Assembly (NCBI GenBank): GCA_003153355.1
Contig: PLYH01000003.1
Span: forward strand, 38,325-102,324
Source: Candidatus Peregrinibacteria bacterium
GTDB taxonomy: Bacteria; Patescibacteriota; Gracilibacteria; UBA1369
DNA: 64,000 bases
Direction of reading: 5' to 3'
The first letter of the stretch is position 1. Every line of letters starts with the position of its first letter. The position numbers and the translations under genes are program-made. The notes below the pieces were generated by a model, which made no database searches, had not been told where the DNA came from, and saw only the letters and a program-made list of their open reading frames with translations. Shown here one piece after another: positions 19,967 to 32,600 of this stretch.

Positions 19967-20275
19967 TCAGTTTTCGAGTTTGGTGATGCGCTGTTCGTGG
20001 TTTTGCAATTTGGTATTTATCGGCTTTAGATAGTCAAAAATTTGACTGAAAAGCTTGTCATGTCCTTCAAGTTTTTCATCAATGTGACTAAAACGCTTTC
20101 TCACTTCCGCCTGAAAAACTGCGGCATCACCGGCAAGCTGGTCGATCATATTTCCGACCTCCAGACTCATTAAAACGAATCGTTCATCGATTTGCTCGAA
20201 GCGCTTGTCGATCATTTTGAATTTCGGATCAAGAGCTTCAACGATTTGCTGGAGATCTTTTTTTGTTAATGTCAT
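19967..20275 (-). CDS. small coiled-coil hypothetical protein
   Basis: Heptads FKMIDKR/FEQIDER; HEQRITKLE tail. Confidence 0.7.
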   Translation of the reverse strand: MTLTKKDLQQIVEALDPKFKMIDKRFEQIDERFVLMSLEVGNMIDQLAGDAAVFQAEVRKRFSHIDEKLEGHDKLFSQIFDYLKPINTKLQNHEQRITKLEN

Positions 20276-20608
20276 AAATTCTATTCAATGATTATTACTG
20301 CCATTAAAACAAAAGAAAATGAAGGGTTTTTAAACTGAATCTTAAGTTTTCTTAAAATTCCGGGATGAGTTTTCAAAATAAACTTTTTTTCATGGGACTC
20401 AAGGTTTCTTTTGGAAAAAGTTTTGACGGTTTTGGTGTTCATGGAGTGATCTTTTTTGGGTCAAAAAATGTAGCCAAAAAACTATTTTATAAGCTGTCAA
20501 TTTGAACTTGACCGAAATAGAGGTTTTTTGATCTGCTGGCCGCTTTTTCGATCCTAAAAAATGTGTTTTTCTGCTAAAATATAAAGAAATAAAAACAAAA
20601 CCTACGAG

Positions 20609-23600
20609 ATGCAAACTTTTCGATCACAATACAAAAATTTCCAACGGAATATTGCGGGATTTCTCATCTTCAGTTTGGGAGTGCAAATGCTCCAGATTCC
20701 GATCGTGAACGCGGCGCCTTTTGTGTTCCCGACGAGTCTTGAGCAACAGGCAAACACCGGTTCAAACACCGTTGCAGAAAATAACTGGGGAGTTGTCGCA
20801 ATTTTGGTTGAGAGCAGTCTGCTGACCGATACGACAAATTATCCGGGAATGATTTCGAGTTATGCTTCTGACCTGAAAGCGCAATCACTGAGCGACCGCA
20901 TCCAGCGTTATGCGATCGACGTACAGAGTTCGCAGGAGTACACCAAGTCGCTCATCATCAAGGTTGATAAAAATGAAAAAGTTGACCAGGTCGCCGCGGC
21001 TTTGGAAAAACTTTATCAGGAAGGAGACGGCACTCCGAATGAAATCACGAAACTTTCCGGAGTTGTTATCATCGGCGATGTGCCTTTGCCGGTGGTAAAC
21101 AAAAAAGGCAACCACTTTGTGAGTCTTTTCCCGTACACGAATTTTGTTGATAAAGCATATATTTTCAATGCGACCTCCGGCGAATACGAACCGAATCCGG
21201 ATCTTAAGTTTCCAAAACAGGACGTTTGGGACGGCGTCATCAAACCACCGGTTGCAGATGATACTGCGGGCGACGACGGACGCCAGCTGCTCGCAAGTTA
21301 TTTTGACAAGAATCATCTTTTCCATTTGGGCCGTCCGGATTTTGCCCAGTTCGACAAGAAATCGCTCGTTGCCGATCTCTACAACGAGTTCAAGGGCATG
21401 AACACTTCGTCCTACGCAAGTTACCTGCGCTATCTGGCGCACTGGGAAGATTTTTCCTATCTGCGTTACAGCAAAACTCTGGCTCTCCAGTTTTACCAGG
21501 AGGTTCAGAGTCAGCTCAAGGACCAGGGTTTGACTGACCAGCAGCTTCAGCCGAAATCCACCTGTGACCCTCAGTGCGTGATTCAGAAAAATTCACGCAA
21601 TTCGGATTTTGACGGCGACGGCTACAGCAACGGTTACGAACTTGAAGTGGGAACAAAACTGGCCGATGGCACAAATCAGCCGACGGATCCGAACAGTCCC
21701 GACAGCGTTCCTCTGGATTTAACGGCATTCCCTCCAAAACTCCGGACCGATCCGGATCCAAAAACTTATAAATCCACGGATGACGGCAGCCACCTTGATC
21801 GCCCAGATCCTCCTCCGGGAAGTTCAAGCGTGGAAGATTCTTTTAAAACTCTTCCGGATGTTCAAAGCAAACAGATCATCACTAATTTCATAGACCAGTA
21901 TTCCCAGCTTTTTGATAAATTCCTCGGTGTCGTCAATGACTGGACCGATAATACGGGGAGGTATAAATCCAGCTACCTTGATGGAGGCGGAATAAATCAA
22001 AGTGATGTGAACAGTCTGTCTTCGCTCATCGGCATCAAGGACGATTACACTTCGCATTATCTGCGCATGGTCAATGATACGGTCGAACAGAAAATCGACG
22101 CGGTCATTGAAGGCGCCGTTTCGAACATCGGATATACCTTCAACAGTGTTCCGGAAGGAACGCAGCTGTTCTTTAATTTTACGCTTGGTTCCGGAAGTAC
22201 CGCTTCGCTTGCTCCCGGCATGAATTTAAGGATCAGCGATAATGCGGGCGGAAGTTCAGTCGTGACCGTGACTTCAATCGTAAATTCTTCCAGCTTCATC
22301 GTTCAGCAGGTGGTCGGACCGATCGCCAAAGGCGCGAATGTGGTGATCGTTAATCCCGGCGCAAGATTGTACGGGCAGGTTCAAATGCTGAAAGGCGCCA
22401 AAATTACCGGAACTTTGACGTACAGCAGCGACAATTCGGTTCACAATCTTACCGAAGCGGACTTTTTAAATTTCTCAACGCACACGCTCGGTTTTTGGGA
22501 CAGTCTTTTCATTAATGGAAGCGCGATCGCTTCGAGCTTTCCGGCAAGTCTGGGCAGTTTGTTCAATCCGGCGTCGAGCATTGCCAGCTGCATGCTCTAC
22601 CGCGGCTCCAACGACAACACCGGGAAAAATTCGGTGATGGTTCAGGCGGTACGCACGCTTGATCCTAAAACGGCAGGCAAACCCGGCGATAACACGGCCT
22701 ATGCTGAATGTTACGGGAATAATATTCTCCATCCTGAACGCTGTTTCCCGGTTGCGGCACAGTCGCCGATTTTCGACATCAACGGAACCAAAGCAATAAC
22801 ACCAGGCACGGTTTCGGATGCTGCCACCGATTACCGCTCGTGTTTTGATTTCAAAGAAAAAACCCGTTTCCAGGATTACGTTAATGAAGTGAACAATTAT
22901 ATCAGCCAGCTTGACGGAGCCGACAATGAACAGGCCAAGTCAGCGATTGCTTTACCGGGATCTCCATACCGTCCTGCGGATCAGATCAATTTGTATAACG
23001 CAGACGGCATCACCATTACTCTCGCCGATATTCTTAATTCTTTCGGACGCGGCGACGGTAAAGACAATGACGGCGACGGCGTGATTGATAACGCCGCGGA
23101 AAGCAGTACTACTTACGGCATCCCGGTCAACGACTGGCAAAGGATCGGTCAGACTTTGCTCCAAAAGAGCCAGAGTTATTTGTTTAACGGCACTCCGGAA
23201 CCTTTCGCAGGCGTAAAAAGTTTATCGCTTCAGGTTGATCCGGCTGCAGCCACGGATTCCAGTTCAAATAATGTGTATCTGGACAGTATCACCTATCATA
23301 AAGATCCGACCAACCAGACGATTGCCGATCAGTTGAAAGCCGGCGGTTACGCCAATTCGATGCCGATCGATAATCCTCGTTATGTGACGTTCCAGGATAA
23401 AAGCACGGATAAAACTTACCGTAAAGTTGTTTATCCGGATGTTTTCCAGGCTACATCGTACGATGATTTTGTGAACCAGCTGAAAGCGAAAGAAACTGAA
23501 ATTCAGAATATTGCCAATGCCAGCGGAATTTCCGTGAACATGAGCGGACAGCTGACCGGGCTTGTCAACGGCAGCCAAGATATCTTTACGAGTCCGAACG

Positions 23601-26600
23601 ATACCGCACTTACCATTGCAGGTTCGGCTGATCTTACCGATTCGTTCGCATGGAGAGACATGAATATCGATACAAAACATGCGTACGCTCTTTCCCATTA
23701 TTTATCCAATCTTGCGAGCTACAATCCTTATGCGGCTCCTGTTCCTTCCGGTTATGAAACAACCTACATCGTCAGCAAACCCGCTGAAGATCCGGTGACG
23801 AAACAAACGTCGGACGCGCTGGTGATGCGCTTTAACGGAAACTATCCGCAAAGCGAAGTTGATCCCGATTTCCAGGCGGGACAAAATCCTCCGACAACTC
23901 CGATAACGGGGCCCGGGGGCGGCGCTCCTTCAAACTCTTCCGGCGATTTTGGAAGTTTCTGCGGACAGTCCGGACCGAGCGTGATTATTTTTTCCTGGTT
24001 CTGCGCGATTACCGACTGGGTGAAACAAACAGCCAAACTCATGAGCGCAACGGTTTCGTTGCAGCCCGCTTGTACGATTCCTACCAGTTCCCTGAATGAT
24101 GCCCTTCCGGCTCCTTTACCATCAAATGATTTGGGCACAGGACCGAACGGCGAAGTGCAACCCGGCGGAACCGGAGGTCCGGACAAGACGACGAAATTTT
24201 TAATCAGCGCGAGTAAGGACGCCTTGAAAACGGGCTCCTCGGATACTCTTATTATTAATATTGAAGGAGTTTCCGGATCGAACGTTGTACAAACCGGCGA
24301 CAGCAAAACTCTTGTGGATTTGAATATTTCTCAAGTAAACGGCAAAGATATTGCAGTTCCGATTTCCACGCATCCGGCCCAGCTCCACAACGGAACCGCA
24401 AACATTACGCTGGAGTCAACCAGTGACGAAGGCGTGTTTACGGTCAAAGGCATCAGTCCTTCAACACCTTCGCTTGGTTCGAATACCTTAAGCATCGCTT
24501 CGACGAAAGGGTACATCAGCATTCTGACCTACACCAAAAACGGCAGTTTAAATCTGGGGCAGATTACCGGCGCAGGATTTATTATTAAAAATAAAGACGA
24601 TAAAATCGTTGCCGACGTTGACGGAACCACGGGCATGGTGACCATCACCGATTCCGGTTATCAGCTTATTGCGCTGCCTTCAAAAGCCGATAAGGCTGCG
24701 CGTCTTGGAGTGCAGGAAAAAGCGACCGGGACAGTTATTGCCAGCGTATTTTTCGTGGTGGATAAAACAAAGCCGGTGGTCCTTGATGACGAGACCATGG
24801 ACTATTTCGCAAAGTATAAAGATCTGACCGGCGTACATGTCCAGGATCTGAACATTGCCGATCCATACAGCGTTGAAACTGTCGGTGCGGACAATGTTTC
24901 AAATCCGAGCGGCGCTTATATTTACCTGAACCAGGGCACGAATAAAAAGAAAATCGGCATTGTGGATACGATGGGAAATATTTTCATCGATCCGTCGCTG
25001 GGCTTTCAAATGAAACCGGCCGCGACAAGTTCCAGCCCGGTGGTTTTCCAAATCACTGACGGAAGCGGCAAAGAACTTTTCAACGTTTATCTTGCGGCGA
25101 AATATCCGAAGATTCAGATTCTTGCGCCTTCCGGCGATTTCCAGGATTTCAATCTGATCGCTTTTGAAAACAACATGAAAGCAGCCGGCATGAGCACTAT
25201 TTCTCAGGGTGTCGGTTCGATGCTCAGCGGAAAACTTTTAGGTTATCTCGATTCGACCGTCGCTACGACCGCGCATGCGCAAGACGTTTCTTCCACCCAG
25301 AATTTTTCATCATCGCAGCAGGTCAAACATCAGATTCCTGATACGGATAACGACGGCCTGAACAACATGGATGAAATTATCTTGGGAACGGCTTACAAAA
25401 ATCCCGACACGAACGGTAACGGAACCAAAGACGGTCAGGATATTTTAAAAGGCATTGATCCGATCAAGCCCGGCAACGTTCCGATTTTTTCAGACATCAA
25501 TCCGTCAAGCGAGGGCTTTGCAGACATTATGAAATTGTACCGACGCGGCATATTACATGGTTATCCTGACGGTACGTTCAGACCCGATCGCGCGATCAGC
25601 CGCGAAGAGTTCACGAAGTTTGATCTCGGCAGCATTTGTATTCTCTGCGCGCACTTTAATGATGCGATCAAAAAAGCCGTGGACCTGATTTATCATCAGA
25701 GTCCGTTCCCTGATAAAAACATCACGTCTTCACTTCTGTACTGCGTGGAAGAGTCCAAGAACCGCAGTCTTATCAGCGGATACCAGGCCGGTCCGCAGAA
25801 AGGTTATTTTATTCCTCAGGCGAACATCACCCACGCAGAAGCCACAAAAGATCTTCTGGAAACGGCGCGGCAGCAAAATAATACTTCAATAAAATTTGTC
25901 GATCCTTCGGTGGGCGCAGGAAAACCGTGGTTCTATACATACGTTCTCACCGCGCAGCAGGAAAAACTTTTCCCGCCGGGAAGATTTTCGCAGCTCGACA
26001 CCATGGATCCGCAATCTTTCAAAGCGTGGTTCGACAATGAACTCAACAATCAGAACAGCACGTTCGTTGCGTGGCTTTACGCGGACATAACGCGTACGGA
26101 ATTCGCCATGATGACGTCGCGTCTTATTGATAAGGCCGACTGTTATCTGGACGATCAGGACGGCGACGGACTTCCTGATAATTATGAAAAATATGTTTTC
26201 GGAACAGATCCGACCAATCCTGATACTGATAAAGGCGGTGTGGATGACGGCACTGAAGTCGCAAACGGCATGAATCCCCTTGATCCTTCCGACGACGCAA
26301 AACTTCTGGACAGCGACGGTGACGGACTTTCCGATTACGATGAAATTCATGTGTATCATACCGATCCGCATAAAGCCGATACGGACGGTGGCGGCATTGA
26401 TGACGGCACTGAAGTGAAGAACGGAACAAATCCTCTGGATCCTAAGGACGATCATCTGTTTGACGGCGATCACGACGGCATGCCGGATGAATGGGAATTG
26501 AAAAACGGATTGAATCCGCATGATGCTTCGGACGCAAATAAAGATCCTGACGGAGACGGTCTTACGAATCTTCAGGAATATCAACACGGTACCGATCCGC

Positions 26601-29600
26601 ACAATCCTGATACGGACGGCGGCGGCGTGAATGACGGCGATGAAGTTCTGCGCGGCACCGATCCTTTGAATAAAGCTGATGATCACAAAATTTTGAAGGG
26701 CGATGAAGGCGGTTACATTGTCGGCGATAAAGTTTTCGACAATTATGTCTATGGCACTCCGAGCGATTCCGCGACCGTAGGCTCTGAAAGTTTGGATTAT
26801 ATTGATGACATTCCTGCAGACGGACAAACCAGTCTGGTCGTCCGCGCGGAAGTTAAGAACGGTAACGGAGATACTGATAAGACCACGGACGGAGAAACAA
26901 TGGAGTTCAAAACTTCCGAAAACAATACCGGACCTTACGCCGTTCTTAACCCGACGGCCGTAAAGGTGAAACAAGGCATCGCCGAAACGAACATTCAAGC
27001 AACGACTTTGGCCGGTGAATATATCGTTACGGCGGATCTTAAAGGTTTGCCTGTTCCCGCTGATGACCATTCGGTCTTTGTGACGCCGCTTGATCCTGCA
27101 AAAATCGTTATGGACGCGGACTCCCACACGCTCAAAAACGGCGGGCTTTCCAATACGATCATTCACGCCAAGCTTGAGGATGTGAACGGAAATTTAGCGA
27201 ATAATAATTCTTACCGCGCTTCATTTACGGTCGACGGTCCTGGAACTCTTGATGCTTCCAAAGATGAAGATCCGGCGACAGACGGAATTCAGATGACGAG
27301 CGTCACAGGAACGTATGATCTTATGCTCACAACAACAGCAGACCCCGGAGCCATTAAAATTCATGCGACCTATCTTCCGGACACCAGCCTGCTTGACGAC
27401 AGCGGAAGCACTCAACAGTCCGACACCCAACAGGCTGCCGCTTCAAGCGTCACGGGCGATATGACGATCCAGTCGCGCAGTGATTTGAAACTCCTCGTGA
27501 ATGCCGACAAATCCAGCATTCCTTCTGACTTCACCACAACGGACGTCCTTAATGTAAGCATTGTCGACGGCAGTAATAATCTGGTCAGCGACTTTGACGG
27601 GACGGCCAAATTCAACCTGGATAACACCTCACTCGGACAGCTTACCGCCGGTGCGGAGCAGGATGTTAAGAGCGGCATCAGTAAAGCGATCTTCCAGTCT
27701 TCAAATCATTCCGGAAGTGAAAATATTACGGTGACGGTCGCAGGATTTGATCCGGCAACGACCACCATCAAGACACTGCCGAAAGCAGCGAAAAAAATTA
27801 CCCTGGAAACTCCGCGCGCGACGATTGAAAACAATACCAGCTCTACGGCGGACATCGTCGCAAAGCTTTACGATACCGACGATAACTTTGCCTCCAACGA
27901 TTCTTCAACCTTCGTTACATTTAACCTCACGGACGATACGAAAGCTTACGGAACGTTTGACGGATCGACAACGGTTCAGGCGCAAAACGGCATCGCGAAA
28001 ATTACGATCCGAGGAACTTCGCAAAGCGGACCGCTCAACGTGGTGGCCAAAGGCACGAATCTTGTTACCGCTTCTGCGAGCCTTGAATCCGTCCAGCTTT
28101 TCCGCTCACAGGATCTTAAGAATGCATCGCCGCGCACACTTTTTGCGGCGCTCCTGGGAAGTGATTACGGAAATGTTTTTGATGAAAACTATTTTGGAGG
28201 TTGGTTTGTATTCAGCGGGACCACCGAAAGCGCCGTTTCATTATTGAGTGCGCCGAAGCCGAATTTACAACTCGCCAATGTTGACGCAAACGGCAAGGTT
28301 ACTGTTTTTGATACGAACTCTCTGGATTCGCGCGTGATTCCAGGCAATGCTCCGAACCTGCCGACACGCGTTGTTTTGACGAACCCGGACAGTTCCGAAG
28401 ATTTAGCCGAAGTATTTACCGTCTACAAACCTACATCGCAAACCAAAGCAACGATTCTTGATGCGAGCGGACAAGTTGATCCGACACAGGAAGGCATTTA
28501 TGTTCAAAGCATCGCAAAAAACACCGACTACTCAATCCAGCAAGTTTCTGATGGCGTAGCCATTTTGAAAAAAGGCAACGAAGCGGTCCATGTTTATAAC
28601 TCCGGTTCGATCAAGATTGTGGACAACAGTTTCCAGCTGCAGCTGGTTCAAAGCGATACGCAGCAATTTTTGACATTCAAAGTGACGGACAATTCCGAAG
28701 ATGTCGCCCAACTCACTGCAGTCGCAAATTTAAGTAATGATGTCGGACTCCTTGGTACGGACTTCAATTTTAACGGCACGGCAAGTTTAAAGAGCGGAAC
28801 CTATTTCCACATGCTCTCGGACAAAGACCAGTACCGCGGACAAGTGACGTTCTCCGGAGATTCTTCGGCCAACCCGCGCGGAATGGCTCTGACGGATATG
28901 ACCCAGAACATGCCAAAATCCCAGGCTCCGGGTTTCAGTTATATTTCTCTGGAAGCAAGTCCGGAGCAGGCCGGTATCGGCTACACCGGAGACAGTAAAT
29001 TTATGCTGCTTTTTGCGGCGGGAAATTCCGCTGGCGAATCCACTATGCCGTACTCTTCGGAAATCGGCGTGGTGCTTGGCGATCCGACGGTCCGTCTCAA
29101 TAATAAAATCAATGTTTCAAAAACCGGCTACACCAAAGATGTCGGTCAGGAAATTTATTTCGGCAGCGAAAATATTCAGGACATTACCCCGATGGATTAC
29201 AACGGTGACGGACTCACGGATCTGCTCGTCGCTTATACGGACGGAAGAGTCAGGCTGCTCCAGAATAACAAAGCCAATCCGCGTTTTGTAGATAAAGGAA
29301 TTCTGCTGGATTTTCCGAACGGCATCATCAGCATGACGACGGGTGACTTCAATCATGACGGACTGCAGGATCTGGTCGTCGCGACGAAGGACAGCTGTCG
29401 ACAGGGCGAAGTATGTATCAACGAATATGAAAATCATCACGGAAATTTTGTTTTGAAATATCTGCCGCTCCAGCCGTTCACGGATAAAAACCAAATTTCC
29501 ATGATACGTTCTGCAGACCTGAACGGAGACGGATATGATGATCTGATAACTTCGGATGATACGGGAGCGATCCGCGCGTTCTACAACAAGCACGGCGAAT

Positions 29601-32600
29601 TTGATACGAACGGCCAGTTTATCGGATCACTCGGACTTCATATTGATAACACCAAAAATCTGAAGACAGAAGTTCTGGTCGCCTACGACGGCATGCCCGT
29701 GAACGATCCGAATAAAACTGACGATGATCAATATTTTGTTGATCTTCAAGTCACCAAAAATCAATCCGATCTTACCGCTGCCGACAAAGCGAATCTGGGA
29801 ACCGACAGCAACGGAAATTCTCAGATTTTAAGTCCAGGCGACGCTGCCGGCCTTGCCGGGCTTCAAGGCGGTCCAGCGAAGATCACGCTGCCTCCTGCAA
29901 CCGTTCAGGTGCCCGAACCTTTTGTTTATCTTGATGCCGATCTTGATGTTTCCCATTCGCTCATCACTTCGGAAAAACGCGCAAAAGACGCAACAGAGCC
30001 TTACAATGTTCTGGCCGACAATGATACGGTCCAGTACAGCGTTATATTAAAAAATACTTCATCGCATGATCTGAACAATTTCATGTTCAGCGATATTGCT
30101 CCATCGAACATGACGCTGGACCAGACGACGATGCAATGCAGCGATTGCGGAAAATCAGACAATCTGAAATTTGATGCCACCGGCGAAAGCATGCGTCCTT
30201 ATATCGTTTCAGGATTTTCAATCCCTGCAGGTCAGACCAGAACATTTACCTACAGCGGAGTTGTGGGCAGCACGCCTCGCGTAAAAATCTTTACCGGCAA
30301 AAATCTGACGAAGAGTTTGCCAAGCAATGCGTTGCCGATGATCGGCGCTTCACCGGACAGAAATACCAGCGGACGCATGACCTACTATTATGCGACGTCC
30401 GTTGATCCTGTAACGCAATACGTCAATTACAGTTCCTTCACGACTCCTCCGTCTTCGCCGGCGCCGATCACTCCAGGCAATCCGCAGTTCCCGAATTTCC
30501 CAACCAGCAACGGCGACCTGGGATCAGTAAACAGCGACGGCGTTCCGAACAGCGTTGCCGGGTTTGAACAAGGCTTGATGAATAACGACAGTGACGGCGA
30601 CGGTTTGCCGAATCTTTATGATGATTTGAACGGAGGTTTAAATTCCATCGCAAACGCGACCCAAGGAATTCTTGCAGCATTATCCTGTTCTCAAGGATGT
30701 ATCCCGATGCCGCTTAACTTCGCGTTCCTGGCGCCGGGAGTCATTAATGCGCTTGGCATTCCTGTGGGTTTTGATCCCGGAACACCCATTTTCTGCTGGG
30801 GCGTACCTCCGCTGCTCTTTATCGGCGCGGGACCGATTTGTTACGGCTCATTAGCCGGAAGACTTTATCTGTCACCAACTTTAACGGCGAGTCTTGGCAT
30901 GGGAATCTGTCTCGGTCCATATCTGGCCGGACAATGTTTTGCCTTTAAATTACCGATCGACATGATTCCGTCAGGAATATGCGATGCCATCCAGTCGGGC
31001 ATTGATAATGCGATGTCATCTGCCAGCAGTGCCATTAATTCAGCCGGCAATTCAGGCATGATTCAAAGCGGCCAAAGCGCGGATTCAACCGGGCGAAGTA
31101 CCACAGGAGGCATGTCCGGCAGCACCAATTTAGGTAATTATTCTTACAGTGCAAGCGTGGGAACGAACTTTAGGATACCCAGCTTCCCCGCGGTTATTAC
31201 GAAGTGGCTTGAAGATCAGTCCAGTGAAATCGTGAATAAACTCACCGATCTTCCTGATTTCTATTTCATTTATCCGGATGTGAATTCAATCGCCGGAGCT
31301 TTTGTACCTCAAAAAGGCGCCAACCAGGGCGGCGGACAACCTCAGGCCGGTGTCCTGCAGTCACTGAATCCTACCGGACCAAGTCAGGGCGGCAATCAGG
31401 TTCCGAGTTTCAGTTCAAATCCGCTCGCGAGTGACCCGGCCAAGAGCGTCTTCAGAACCGTGCTCTCATCTCCGAGTAAAATTTTGAGTTATCTGAACAG
31501 CATTCCGCTCATTCAAATTCAGTCGCAGGAAGTGGCCATTAAGATTCCTGCTTTAACCGCGGCGGAAATCGCCAAACTGAAAGCTGATGCGCAGCAGTGG
31601 GTTGAAGATGAACGCAATGAAGTGAACCGCGCACTGCAGGTATGGAGTTGCGGTTATGAGCAGCTTGATCAAAACTGGACGCCTCAAAAATCCGGAACAA
31701 ACGGAACTCCAGGCGCTTCGGCTTCTCCATATCAAACGATGTGCGACAAACTGATCGTGGATATGAGCGCGCTTCGCAACAGCGTTGAAAAAAATCTTGA
31801 TGCTTTGCAAAAATATCTGGAACTTCCGCGCAAGATTCTGGCATGGAAAAATATCGCCGCGAAATATTTGTACCAGATCATCTGTTATCTGGATACAATC
31901 ATGCAGTACACCGGCGGTTATATCAAAAAACAAACCGTGCGCGTGCTGACGTGGATCGGCATGATCAAGAAAATCCGGCAGCTGCTGGAAACCTGGAAGC
32001 TGATCATCAGTCTTATCGTGGATTATCAGGCATCGTGTGACCGCTGCAGTTCATCGCGCTTTACGTTGCTTCAGCTGATTTTGCAGCTGTTTGCCGCCAT
32101 ACCGTCGCCGCCGATCATACCGTTCCCCAAACTGCCGGATATTTATCTGGACGTTTCTCAAATTCAAATCGGTCTGCATATTTTGTGGCCTGACATCAAA
32201 TTTATTCCGGAACGGATTCTGCTTCCAAAGATTCCGCGGATCACTTTGCCGGATCTTCCGACGCTTACGTTGCATCTGCCGGCAATTCCGATTCTTCCAG
32301 ATCCGCCTAATCTGCCGGAACTTCCTGATCTTCCGCCGTTACCGCTTCCGACCCTGCCGGATATTCCTCCTGCGCCCGCTGTTCCCGGACTTCCGGATCA
32401 AATCAAAGCGGTGATCGAAATTTTGAAAACTATCATTAAAATTATTTGTCTGATCCGCAAAGGTTTGATTCCGATTCCGGAATTGAATCTTAAATCTCAG
32501 ATTGAACAGCTAACCGAGCGTCCGCTTACTCCGCTTATTCCGCTGGATCTTGCGGCAATGCTGCAAATTCCGCCGATCAAATATCAGTACGTCGACCATA

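Noticed and set aside
25886..27166. 426-aa minus-strand ORF and many other antisense ORFs inside the giant gene
   Set aside because: They are shadows of the biased, Asp-rich repeat codons on the coding strand and have no protein-like motifs.
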